Positions 1 through 8,801 of a stretch of DNA of 61,615 nucleotides are shown piece by piece. Source of the stretch: Candidatus Firestoneibacteriota bacterium. GTDB taxonomy: Bacteria; Oederibacteriota; D2-FULL-39-29; JBBTED01. The number at the start of each line of letters is the position of its first letter. The first letter of the stretch is position 1. The translations under genes and the position numbers were made by a program. The DNA is taken from assembly GCA_038042445.1 (NCBI GenBank), contig JBBTED010000063.1, positions 1-61,615 of the forward strand, in the 5' to 3' direction. The notes beneath the pieces were generated by a model, which saw only the letters and a program-made list of their open reading frames with translations, searched no databases and was not told the origin of the DNA.

Positions 1-9
1 TCAAAGCCT

Positions 10-41
10 CTGGATTCCCGATAAGAACATTCGGGAATGAC
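10..41. repeat. Half of a GTCATTCCC...GGGAATGAC hairpin element (truncated by the window edge)
   Basis: ctggattcccgataagaacattcgggaatgac resembles the right arms at 27107-27133 and 59558-59588. Confidence 0.75.
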
Positions 42-86
42 AACATAAAATATAATCGTTATGACACAGTCTCTTAAAGGATGAAT

Positions 87-644
87 TTAAAAAAGAGATT
101 CTTTGTTTTTCAAAAAGAAGTCTAGTGCAGAAAATACTGATGTGACGACAGCACCCAACATCAAAAAATATGAAAAATTAAGGACAAAAGAATCGCTCAA
201 AATGTCTGGGATGTAAGCTTTCAAAGACAATGTTATTAAAACTAATATTATTGAAACCATTTGCCATATAGTTTTATGTTTGCCTGTTTTAGCAGCTGCA
301 ATAATTTTTCCTTTTGACAAAGCTACTAACCTTAAACTTGTAATTATGAATTCACGCGCAATTATAACAATTATCATCCATGCTGGAACTATATTGATTT
401 GCACAAAAGAGATTAATACGGATATTACCAATAATTTATCAGCTACAGGATCCATAAGTTTTCCGAATTCTGTAACCTGATTATTTTTCCTTGCAAGCAA
501 TCCATCGTATAAATCAGTTAAAGACGCCAATATAAAAACTAATAATGCTACAGGCATTCCACAGGTTTTTTCCATAAAGAAAAAGAACAGAAAAAATGGA
601 ATAAAAAGTATTCGTAAAACTGTTAAAATATTTGATATATTCAT
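87..644 (-). CDS. pgsA: CDP-diacylglycerol--glycerol-3-phosphate 3-phosphatidyltransferase
   Basis: N-terminal NILTVLRI and CDP-alcohol phosphotransferase motif DLYDGLLAR...GKLMDPVADK; follows rimO; start moved to ATG 644 (overlaps rimO stop). Confidence 0.95.
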   Translation of the reverse strand: MNISNILTVLRILFIPFFLFFFFMEKTCGMPVALLVFILASLTDLYDGLLARKNNQVTEFGKLMDPVADKLLVISVLISFVQINIVPAWMIIVIIAREFIITSLRLVALSKGKIIAAAKTGKHKTIWQMVSIILVLITLSLKAYIPDILSDSFVLNFSYFLMLGAVVTSVFSALDFFLKNKESLF

Positions 645-2062
645 AGCAAATTTCCACAAAGGTCATATACATCTGCAGAAGTTATTTTAACTCTTCTGAA
701 TTCACCTGCAACTGGTAATGCAAAATCCCCCCTACCCCCCTTTAATAAAGGGGGGTTCATTTCAACATATACTCTGCCGTCAACTTCTGGAGCATCAGAC
801 TCTGTCCTTGCTTCAAATATGACATTATCACTACTTATTGAGTCTACCAGCACTTCAAGTTCTTGTCCAATTTTTTTCTTATTTTTATTTAATGAAATAT
901 CCTGCTGAGTTGACATTAAAATATTGTAACGTTCGTTTTTTAGAGATGCTGAAATTTGATTTTTCATATCATAAGCAATAGTATCTTCTTCTTTTGAATA
1001 TTTAAAAACACCGATTCTTTCAAATTCAACATCTTTAATGAATTCTAACAAGTTTTTAAAATGCTTATCCGTTTCCCCTGGGAATCCTACAATAAATGTT
1101 GTCCGTATAGCAATATTTTTAACATATTTACGTAGTTTTTTAATCAAATTATTAATATATTGTTTATTTATCCCACCCCTACCCATAGCTTTTAATATTT
1201 CATCTTCGCAGTGTTGCAAAGGCAAATCAATATATTTACATATATTAGGTTCTTGGGCAATAATATTAATTAACTCATCACTAATGTGCGCAGGATGACA
1301 ATAAAGCAATCTTATCCATTTTATATTTTTTATATGTGAAAGTTTCTTTAAAAGTTTTACTAATTGGTTTTTGCCATAAATATCAGTTCCATAAAATGCT
1401 GTATCCTGTGAAATCAAATTTATTTCAACAACACCTTCTTTTGCTAATTGCTCAACTTCATCTATGATATGTTCAATTTGCCTGCTCTTATAACTCCCAC
1501 GTATTGCAGGAATAACACAATAGGAACACCTGTTATCACATCCATCTGCAATTTTTACATAAGCAGTATGAGAAGGTGAAAGCCTTCTTTTTGACAAATT
1601 AAAATCCCCCGACCCATCTTTCAGATGGGTACCCCGCCCTTTAATAAAGGGGGAATAAGGGGAATTATTTTTATCAGCTATCGCAATTTGAGATTTTTTC
1701 TTTAAACTTTTATTGGCTGCGGCATTACAGATTTCTGAAATTTTAGAATAATCATTTAAACCGACCAAAGCATCCACTTCAGGCATAAGTTTTAGAAGTT
1801 CGTCTTTATATCTTTGCACCATACAACCAGTCAAAATTAATGTCTTGTATTTTTTTTCTTTTTTTAATTTTCCAGCCATAATTATATTTTCTATAGATTC
1901 CTGCTTTGCCTCATTTGTAAATGCACAGGTATTAACGATTATTATATCACCGGAATTTTGATTTACTGCCACTTCAAACCCATTATTTGCCAATTGATTA
2001 AGTATAATTTCCGAATCAACCAGATTTTTGTCACAACCTAATGTTATAATGTTTACTTTCAT
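641..2062 (-). CDS. rimO: Ribosomal protein S12 methylthiotransferase, with two in-frame repeat-derived insertions
   Basis: TLGCDKNLVDSE N-terminus, radical SAM CDNRCSYC, C-terminal TRAM with APEVDG; the ORF extension to 2149 is repeat-derived, so start placed at 2062. Confidence 0.95.
   Translation of the reverse strand: MKVNIITLGCDKNLVDSEIILNQLANNGFEVAVNQNSGDIIIVNTCAFTNEAKQESIENIIMAGKLKKEKKYKTLILTGCMVQRYKDELLKLMPEVDALVGLNDYSKISEICNAAANKSLKKKSQIAIADKNNSPYSPFIKGRGTHLKDGSGDFNLSKRRLSPSHTAYVKIADGCDNRCSYCVIPAIRGSYKSRQIEHIIDEVEQLAKEGVVEINLISQDTAFYGTDIYGKNQLVKLLKKLSHIKNIKWIRLLYCHPAHISDELINIIAQEPNICKYIDLPLQHCEDEILKAMGRGGINKQYINNLIKKLRKYVKNIAIRTTFIVGFPGETDKHFKNLLEFIKDVEFERIGVFKYSKEEDTIAYDMKNQISASLKNERYNILMSTQQDISLNKNKKKIGQELEVLVDSISSDNVIFEARTESDAPEVDGRVYVEMNPPLLKGGRGDFALPVAGEFRRVKITSADVYDLCGNLL
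722..755. repeat. CCCCCCTTTAATAAAGGGGGG hairpin, in frame inside rimO
   Basis: aaaatcccccctacccccctttaataaagggggg, translated NPPLLKGGRGDF. Confidence 0.8.
1601..1666. repeat. Composite CCCC/GGGG hairpin, in frame inside rimO
   Basis: aaaatccccc-gacccatctttcagatgggt-accccgccctttaataaaggggg...; translated NSPYSPFIKGRGTHLKDGSGDF. Confidence 0.8.
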
Positions 2063-2083
2063 AATTTTATGTATTAATCTGTA

Positions 2084-2180
2084 GCCGATAAATCGGCAAC
2101 TACAAATTCCGAAGGCTAAAGCCTGCGCTGCGACTACCATTTTCCCCACACCCTCCCCTCTCCCACAAGGGGAGAGGGGA
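2084..2180. repeat. Cluster of three repeats: REP-1 (GTAGTTGCCGATTTATCGGC), a GTAG..GGCTTTAGCC REP and a CCCCTCTCCC/GGGAGAGGGG hairpin
   Basis: Read directly at 2084-2103, 2111-2137 and 2154-2180 in the yajQ-rimO spacer. Confidence 0.85.
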
Positions 2181-2197
2181 AATATAATGATGAGAGA

Positions 2198-2695
2198 TTA
2201 TTTGTAATTGGTAAATTGTAAGGGGGTTTTAAAATCCTTGGATTTGAGAAGTACAATTACTGTTTGAAGATCATCTTTGCTTTTGCCTATAACACGAATA
2301 TAATCACCAAGAATTTGAGTGCGTACTTTTAAACCTGCATCTTTTATTGTACGAGTGATTTCTTTGCATTTATCCGAAACAATTCCCTGTTGTATTTTTA
2401 CTATCTGCGTTACAGTTTGATTGGCAGATGGATTAATAGTCTCGAAGTCCAATGCTGAAATTGATATGCCACGTTTAATTAATTTGGATTCCAACACATC
2501 TATTACACTTTCTAATTTTGTTTCATTATCTGATACCAGAGTAATTTTATTTTCAGTTTTATTTAGTGTAATTTCACTCTTGCTACCGCGAAAATCAAAA
2601 CGTTGGCTTATTTCTTTTACTGCCTGATTAACTGCATTATCAACTTCCTGCAAATCAGCTTTTGAAACTATATCAAATGAACATTCACTTGCCAT
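2198..2695 (-). CDS. yajQ: YajQ family nucleotide/c-di-GMP-binding protein
   Basis: SFDIVSK..LQEVDNAVNQ..KEI..RFDFRGS and C-terminal PLQFTNY. Confidence 0.95.
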   Translation of the reverse strand: MASECSFDIVSKADLQEVDNAVNQAVKEISQRFDFRGSKSEITLNKTENKITLVSDNETKLESVIDVLESKLIKRGISISALDFETINPSANQTVTQIVKIQQGIVSDKCKEITRTIKDAGLKVRTQILGDYIRVIGKSKDDLQTVIVLLKSKDFKTPLQFTNYK

Positions 2696-3434
2696 AAGGG
2701 TTAATAACCTCCTCTTTTCCTGATAAAAGTTCTTTAGACAAAACCAATTCTTTAATTACTTTGCCTTTTTTCTCTTCAGGAATAAATATACGTTTTTTAT
2801 TTAAAAAAAATGTGGCACCTGCAGGATTACCAATCCATAGTATAAACTTATTATTTGAGTACCACTCCTTTTTATCACCTGCATTTAAAACCATTTCTAT
2901 AGGTGCATTGTCATCTACTATCAACTGTAACCATGTTGCATCTATAACTTCTACAGACAATAAAAGTTTATCAGAAACATATTCAGGCGTTTCGCTAACA
3001 GGAACTGTAGTCTCAACAGGAACATTATATGAAGTATTCGGTTTGGATAATATTTTCCAAAAAATAGCAATAAGTACAACTATTATTCCTATTGCTACTA
3101 ATACTCGCAAAAATATTTTGTTTTGTGCCAATTGGACATCTGTAAATCTTATAGTTGATGTTTTCTTTTTTGTTCTATAGATAGTTTCATCAGAAGGCTT
3201 TGGAGCAGCCTGTTCTTCATAAAGAGCCATTATTTCAGGAACATCCAACCCTAAAAACTTGGCATAAGACCGCAAGAATATTTTAATATATAATGGATTT
3301 GGCAGAGCATCAAAATCCCCCTTTTCAATTGCTTCAATAAATTTTGCATTTATCCGTATTTTATCCTGAATTTCTAAAAGAGATAAACCCAATGACTCAC
3401 GTCTGTGTTTTAGAATTGCAATTATGTTAGGCAT
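2685..3434 (-). CDS. rodZ: RodZ-like protein (HTH, TM segment, DUF4115-type C-terminal domain)
   Basis: N-terminal HTH (IEAIEKGDF..LP..LY.K.FLRSYAKFLGL), single TM, C-terminal WLQL..D...IGNPAG. Confidence 0.85.
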   Translation of the reverse strand: MPNIIAILKHRRESLGLSLLEIQDKIRINAKFIEAIEKGDFDALPNPLYIKIFLRSYAKFLGLDVPEIMALYEEQAAPKPSDETIYRTKKKTSTIRFTDVQLAQNKIFLRVLVAIGIIVVLIAIFWKILSKPNTSYNVPVETTVPVSETPEYVSDKLLLSVEVIDATWLQLIVDDNAPIEMVLNAGDKKEWYSNNKFILWIGNPAGATFFLNKKRIFIPEEKKGKVIKELVLSKELLSGKEEVINPYGK

Positions 3435-3445
3435 AATGATTTTAA

Positions 3446-3475
3446 TTATATATTAGGTGATTATAGAAAAGCAAC
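3446..3475 (-). promoter_or_regulatory. Possible sigma70 promoter for rodZ
   Basis: TTGCTT-18 bp-TATAAT on the minus strand just upstream of the ATG. Confidence 0.35.
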
Positions 3476-3487
3476 TAAAATAAGAAT

Positions 3488-3507
3488 GCCGATAAATCGG
3501 CAACTAC
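3488..3507 (-). repeat. REP-1 single copy
   Basis: gccgataaatcggcaactac. Confidence 0.9.
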
Positions 3508-3560
3508 ATATTGTGTTTTAGAATGATTAACCTATTACCTTTAATAAAGGGGTAGAATAA

Positions 3561-4517
3561 TTAAGGTATAAAGGATAGGGAAATGCGATGTGTTCCTGAA
3601 ACATCATTCATAAAATTAAATGGGATTATAAATGCATAGTCAATGCCTATTTGGGAAGAATCCATAGGAAGTTTCACCCCAAATCCAACACTTGCATTTG
3701 AGTATTTGTTATTACCTATTGAATATCCGCCTCTTGCTGCAAATTCAAATGGGTCTTTTATTGAAAATTCAACACCTGTATTAATACTATAGTCTGATTT
3801 GCGCCAGTCATACTCCAAATTTCCTGTAACTGATTCTAAAAGTTTAGAGGATACTCCTGCTCTGAATAACATCGGGACTATATCTTCTTTATTAACACTT
3901 ACATCCGGTTGAGTCAAATTTTCTGCTGATAATCCAATTGTAAGATTATTGGTTAATGCTATTGGTTTTATTAAAAGCGAAATGTCTGCTGTGTATCCCC
4001 AAGCAGATGTTTTATTTGCAAACGCAGAATTTGCACTTGTATATTCATTTTCACCATACTTTTTGTTTAACAACTTTAATTTTAAACCAACATTAACCTC
4101 ATGAGTTTCTATTTTGGCATATTTTGTAGGTGAATAAGCTAAGGCCAAAGAAATAATACTTTCTCTGTAACTTGCACTTGATGAATCAGCTATTAAATGG
4201 TCCCACCCGCCTGCTAAAGTTGAATATTCTGATAATGGGTAAACATAAGATATTTCTCCCTGTGCTAAACCCGGAACCCCTACATAAAGCCTGGTATAAG
4301 TAGTTAAAAACATAAATTTTTGCACCTGAACTAAACCTGCTGGGTTATAATGCAATGCATTTACATCATCAGAAATTGCCACGAATGCCTTACCCATACC
4401 GGATGGCCTGGCGCCGCTGCCAATATCCATAAAGGCAGCATAAGAAGAAAATGCAAATGATAAAGTAAATAACATTAGAATTAAGAACATTTTAATTTTC
4501 AAATTATAATTTTTCAT
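3561..4517 (-). CDS. PorV/PorP-like (UPF0164-type) outer-membrane beta-barrel, copy 1
   Basis: Signal peptide, then AFMDIGSGARPSGMGKAFVAISDD..ALHYNPAGL; C-terminal IDYAF..P.....GTHRISL; start moved to ATG 4517 because the extension is a REP. Confidence 0.8.
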   Translation of the reverse strand: MKNYNLKIKMFLILMLFTLSFAFSSYAAFMDIGSGARPSGMGKAFVAISDDVNALHYNPAGLVQVQKFMFLTTYTRLYVGVPGLAQGEISYVYPLSEYSTLAGGWDHLIADSSSASYRESIISLALAYSPTKYAKIETHEVNVGLKLKLLNKKYGENEYTSANSAFANKTSAWGYTADISLLIKPIALTNNLTIGLSAENLTQPDVSVNKEDIVPMLFRAGVSSKLLESVTGNLEYDWRKSDYSINTGVEFSIKDPFEFAARGGYSIGNNKYSNASVGFGVKLPMDSSQIGIDYAFIIPFNFMNDVSGTHRISLSFIP

Positions 4518-4527
4518 TTTTAACTTT

Positions 4528-4650
4528 CGCAGGCTAAAGCCTGCGACTACCACTAAAATACACTAGATTCCAGCTATTTGTCAGGCAAGATGCCTGACCT
4601 ATTGCATGCGGGAATGACTTAACTTCCCTACCCCTCTTATCAGAGGGGGA
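4528..4650. repeat. Repeat cluster: GTAGTCGCAGGCTTTAGCCTGCG REP, nested composite element and a CCCCTCT/AGAGGGG hairpin
   Basis: 4528-4550 REP; 4561-4618 GATTCC...GCGGGAATGAC arm interrupted by gtcaggcaagatgcctgacctat; 4631-4649 hairpin. Confidence 0.8.
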
Positions 4651-4659
4651 TAAGAACAA

Positions 4660-7600
4660 TTATCTTGCAAGTATTACTGTGCCTTTACCTGCTACATTAT
4701 TTCCTGTTTTTATCTGGAATAAATATATTCCGCCTTCAACAACATCTCCTATAGAATTTTTGCCGTCCCAAGAAACACTTGTGGAACCTCCAGCTTGTAT
4801 TTCGTCACGAATTAATCTTCCTGTTATATCCCATATTTTCAGTCCAACATCGTCTCCTTCGTTATTCGGGAAACTAAATGTGACTTTATTAAAAACACTG
4901 TCAGGGCCCATAGGTGTAAATGGATTTGGAGACAAAGTAAGCTCTGAAATCAAATCCTGCTTTATAACTATAGCATATTTAGTAAGATGCGAAGTTTTGC
5001 CTTCTACAAGAACATTCCCACTCTTTACTTTAATTGTACTTGGCAAAATCTGCCAATTTAAACCATCCCAATATGCTACTGCCAATTTATTTTCTGCATC
5101 AGCAACTCTTGTTTTAGGATCACTATTATCAACATATATTCCATCTACACTTGGCGCACGCAAAGTAACAGTTATTGCTCCCTCAAGTGTATCTATTGAC
5201 TTGCCTGATTCAGTTGCTGTAATGTCAAAACATACTATTGCTTTTCTAGGTTGCCTTTTACCTTCTGGAGCAGTAGTAACTTTCTTTATACTATAAGATA
5301 ATGTTTTATTTATCACTCCAGCAGAAATATTTAGTTTTACTTCTGTATCATCAGCACTTGCTATTTCTGCAGCCTGGCCAGCTGGTATTTTCGAAGAAAA
5401 TATTAGTGATTGAATGGAACCAGTTTGGACCTGTGGGGTATCTCCAGACACAGTAACAGTTATGGTTTTTACCTCTGCTACTTTTGATTTGATTGTTGCC
5501 TTAACTTCACCATTAGCATCTGTAACCGTGCTCGCCTGCTCAAGTGTATTACCAGAACCACTTACAGCTATTGTAATAGTTGCATTACTTATTGCTCCAC
5601 CACCTCGGCTTTCATATTTAACAGTTACAGTTGCCAAAGTTGTATTATCTGCAGGTAATTCGTTTTTATCAGATGATATTGTTACATAAGTTTCGCCAAG
5701 CCACAAAACAGTACTTCCTGATTCTACTGAATCAGCATTACTACCAACTATGTAATTCATAAAAGATAATTTCGTACTGCTTTTTGCAGTTACATTAGTT
5801 CCAGATGAAATATCATCAAAAGTACATCCATTTAGTGTTTTAGTCTGACCATTTGAAATATTCAAATACGTTCCAGCAGCCTGGCCCTGCCTGAAATCAA
5901 CATAATTTAATTTATTTATTGTTGAACCAGTACTTATCACTAAACCACTTGTATTTGTTCCTTTTATTGTTAAACCACTTATATCTAATGTTCCACCTGC
6001 CACATTCATTCCATAATATGTCCCAGTTTCCTGCGACTTTATTGTGGCTTTATTATTAGAACTTGCATTACAAGTAAAAGCTCCATTTATTGTTATAGTT
6101 TTACCTGAATACACTTCCCAATTAGCACCTGAATTAAGTGTTACAACTTTTCCAGTTGCGATTGTGTAATCCCCTGTTATTAAAGTGCCTGATATTGTAG
6201 CTGCATTTAATGTAAGAGTGTATAAATTTTGTGTGCTAAGTGTGCCACCGAAAGATATATTAAAATTGTTTGAAACTGTGCAATTTCCAGCCAAATTAGC
6301 CCAACCAACAATATTCAAATTATACCAGGTTGTTGATGTTATAGGATTTGTATCACCTGTGGAAGTTGTATAAGGAAAACTTCCACCTGCAAAATTAAAA
6401 GTGCTTGTTCCAGCAGATATAGACAAATCTGCATTAGTAAGTGTTCCTTTTGTTACAGAACCTCCACTGCTATTGCTATTAGTTGCAGTATTGATAACTG
6501 ATGGTGTATACCCACCTGTTACTGTCCATGTGCTTGAACCTGCATCTATTCCAAGACGAGACATATTTATTATCCCAGCACTAACATTACCTGAAGCACC
6601 AGAAGCATTATTTGCAACCATTGAAATATAAGGATTTATAGTTCCAGTTACTGTCCATTTACTACTTTCAGCATTTATATAAACTTTACCAGTAATTGAA
6701 GCACCTGATATTGTCCTATTGCAATTAGCACTATTAGTATAATTATATATACTTGCATACATATTAACACTACCTCCGAGTGTCCAAGTGCTTGTTCCAC
6801 CATTTATTATCGCACTGCCAGCAATTGTTCCAGGAGTAATTGCATTTGTAGAAGTAGATGCACTATTATCATAATTTAAACAATATAAATACATATTTAC
6901 AGAGCCTGTAATATTAAATGTGGATGAACCTGCATCTATCCTTGCTTCAGTATTTGAATCCATACCACCAGATGAAGCATCTATTGCACCAGTTAAAGTA
7001 ACCGCATTAGTATAAAAAGTTTGCTGAAGATATATATTTAAATTATTTGTAACATTCACAGTTCCTCCGTTTTGCCCATTTAATATAACTTTACAATTTG
7101 TCCAAGCAAGTACAGTTTGAGAAGAACCAGTCGCTAGAATAGTTTTATTCTGATAAATATTTAAAGTACCACAAGTCAAAGTTTTGCTATTTAAATTTAG
7201 AGTCATAGAATAAGCATCACGAGCAGTAACAGCAGTGTAATATAGATACATATTAAAAACACCTGTAGTTTTTAAATCTCCTGCAAGTGTAACAGTAGAA
7301 GTAACTGCAGCAAACTGCCGAATAATTATAGTACCAGTATAATTTGTATATCCGGGAATTGAAGCAGTAGCTCCTGTAACAAGAAACGTAATATTTACAG
7401 TTATTGCAGTAGTATCAGAAATAATAAGATTACCAGCATTAGCATCACCATAACTGTATATATTTAGTGTTCCACTACCACCAACATTTGCAAAAGTACC
7501 ACTTCCAAGTGTAACCGTGCCATAAGCATCAACAACCTTTGAAGAAGGTATAGTTGTTGTAGTACTTGGCTGTGCGCAGGTTAGATTATAAAATGGTGCA

Positions 7601-8772
7601 TTACCACTACCATCTGTTTCAACTGTACCTGTTCCACTAAGGGTAACTGTTGAAGTACTTCGGACAAAATATGCAGTGGTAGCTGTAGCTAACCAATTGC
7701 CTGAACAAGTTATTAAACTCGTTCCTGAACAATTAATTCTTCCAAAAGCACCTATTGTAATATCATTTGCTGAAAGGCCTGTAGATGAACTTGCTGCTAT
7801 ACTTATCTGAGCACGATCATTTGAATCAGTGCCAGTAAGTGAAATATCGCCAGTTACTGTGCAATCATAAGTGCTTATATTCAATACCGTATCAGCGGTC
7901 CCATTATTATTATCCAAAATTGTTAAATTTCCGCCAATAGTTAAATTGGCTCCAAGTGTCATTATACTACTTGCATTTCCTGCAGAAGTAATACCTAAAT
8001 CACCGTCTATTGTAAGTGCATTGCTAACAGTTATTGTTCCTGTATAAGTGCTAATTGAAAAAGTTGTAAGCGAATTTGCAGGAGCTACATTCACTGTGCA
8101 ATTAGCACTACTTGTAGCATTAAATGTAACAGTATCACCAGCAGCCTGCCCCGGATATGTCCCATCATTTAAATCCCAGTTTGTAGTTGTGCCCCAATTA
8201 TTATCCCCACCGCCATTATTCCAAACAAAATTTTTAGCATAGCAAAAAGCAGGAACAATAAGTATTATTGCAAGTATTATTGTAGTTGCTGATTTATCAG
8301 CGGTTTTTTTTGCCGATGGGCCTGGAACTACTGATTTCGCCGATGAATCGGCAACTACATTATAGATTTCTTTTAAATCTATTTTTTCTTTCAATGGATT
8401 ATTTTTTATATATTCGCGGATTTTATCCAACGCTTTTTCTGTTCTTATTATATGTTCATAATAACCTGGTTGCCATAACCTCCGACCAGATTCCAAAGAA
8501 CACTTGGATTTAAATCTCCTAATTATTTCACCTAAACTAAATTTAGCCCCATCTAAAACCACAATTAAATGAAAATGATTGTTCATTATTTGATAAAAAT
8601 CTATTTTTACCCCACTAAATTCATCTTCAATTTTCTTTGTATGCCGCAGAATTATTTCTTTTTCTACATCAGAAAAGTTTAGATGATAATTACTAGAAAT
8701 AGTTACAAAGTAAAAACCATTTGTAGTATAGTCATATTGTTTCAACCGTATATTTTTTATTGTTTGTACCAT
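4660..8772 (-). CDS. Fusion ORF: N-terminal RAYT (Y1 HUH transposase) domain + translated REP cluster + signal h-region + large beta-rich surface protein with Ig-like domain and T9SS-like CTD (cargo 1)
   Basis: aa 1-137: RLKQYDY..GFYFVTI, MNNHFH (HUH), WQPGYYEHIIR, YIKNNP; no stop before VVADSSA...DKSATT-IILAIILIVPAFCYA; C-terminal PNPFTP...IWDITG...WDGKN...GKGTVILAR. Confidence 0.8.
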   Translation of the reverse strand: MVQTIKNIRLKQYDYTTNGFYFVTISSNYHLNFSDVEKEIILRHTKKIEDEFSGVKIDFYQIMNNHFHLIVVLDGAKFSLGEIIRRFKSKCSLESGRRLWQPGYYEHIIRTEKALDKIREYIKNNPLKEKIDLKEIYNVVADSSAKSVVPGPSAKKTADKSATTIILAIILIVPAFCYAKNFVWNNGGGDNNWGTTTNWDLNDGTYPGQAAGDTVTFNATSSANCTVNVAPANSLTTFSISTYTGTITVSNALTIDGDLGITSAGNASSIMTLGANLTIGGNLTILDNNNGTADTVLNISTYDCTVTGDISLTGTDSNDRAQISIAASSSTGLSANDITIGAFGRINCSGTSLITCSGNWLATATTAYFVRSTSTVTLSGTGTVETDGSGNAPFYNLTCAQPSTTTTIPSSKVVDAYGTVTLGSGTFANVGGSGTLNIYSYGDANAGNLIISDTTAITVNITFLVTGATASIPGYTNYTGTIIIRQFAAVTSTVTLAGDLKTTGVFNMYLYYTAVTARDAYSMTLNLNSKTLTCGTLNIYQNKTILATGSSQTVLAWTNCKVILNGQNGGTVNVTNNLNIYLQQTFYTNAVTLTGAIDASSGGMDSNTEARIDAGSSTFNITGSVNMYLYCLNYDNSASTSTNAITPGTIAGSAIINGGTSTWTLGGSVNMYASIYNYTNSANCNRTISGASITGKVYINAESSKWTVTGTINPYISMVANNASGASGNVSAGIINMSRLGIDAGSSTWTVTGGYTPSVINTATNSNSSGGSVTKGTLTNADLSISAGTSTFNFAGGSFPYTTSTGDTNPITSTTWYNLNIVGWANLAGNCTVSNNFNISFGGTLSTQNLYTLTLNAATISGTLITGDYTIATGKVVTLNSGANWEVYSGKTITINGAFTCNASSNNKATIKSQETGTYYGMNVAGGTLDISGLTIKGTNTSGLVISTGSTINKLNYVDFRQGQAAGTYLNISNGQTKTLNGCTFDDISSGTNVTAKSSTKLSFMNYIVGSNADSVESGSTVLWLGETYVTISSDKNELPADNTTLATVTVKYESRGGGAISNATITIAVSGSGNTLEQASTVTDANGEVKATIKSKVAEVKTITVTVSGDTPQVQTGSIQSLIFSSKIPAGQAAEIASADDTEVKLNISAGVINKTLSYSIKKVTTAPEGKRQPRKAIVCFDITATESGKSIDTLEGAITVTLRAPSVDGIYVDNSDPKTRVADAENKLAVAYWDGLNWQILPSTIKVKSGNVLVEGKTSHLTKYAIVIKQDLISELTLSPNPFTPMGPDSVFNKVTFSFPNNEGDDVGLKIWDITGRLIRDEIQAGGSTSVSWDGKNSIGDVVEGGIYLFQIKTGNNVAGKGTVILAR

Positions 8773-8801
8773 ATAATTATAGCCGATAAATCGGCGACTA
8801 C
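8282..8801 (-). mobile_element. RAYT1 module: RAYT domain flanked by REP-1 copies
   Basis: REP-1 at 8782-8801 upstream and a 77-bp REP cluster at 8282-8358 downstream of the HUH domain. Confidence 0.85.

Noticed and set aside
8360..8772. IS200/IS605 element with tnpB
   Set aside because: No tnpB; sequence motifs and GTAG-tagged flanking palindromes fit RAYT
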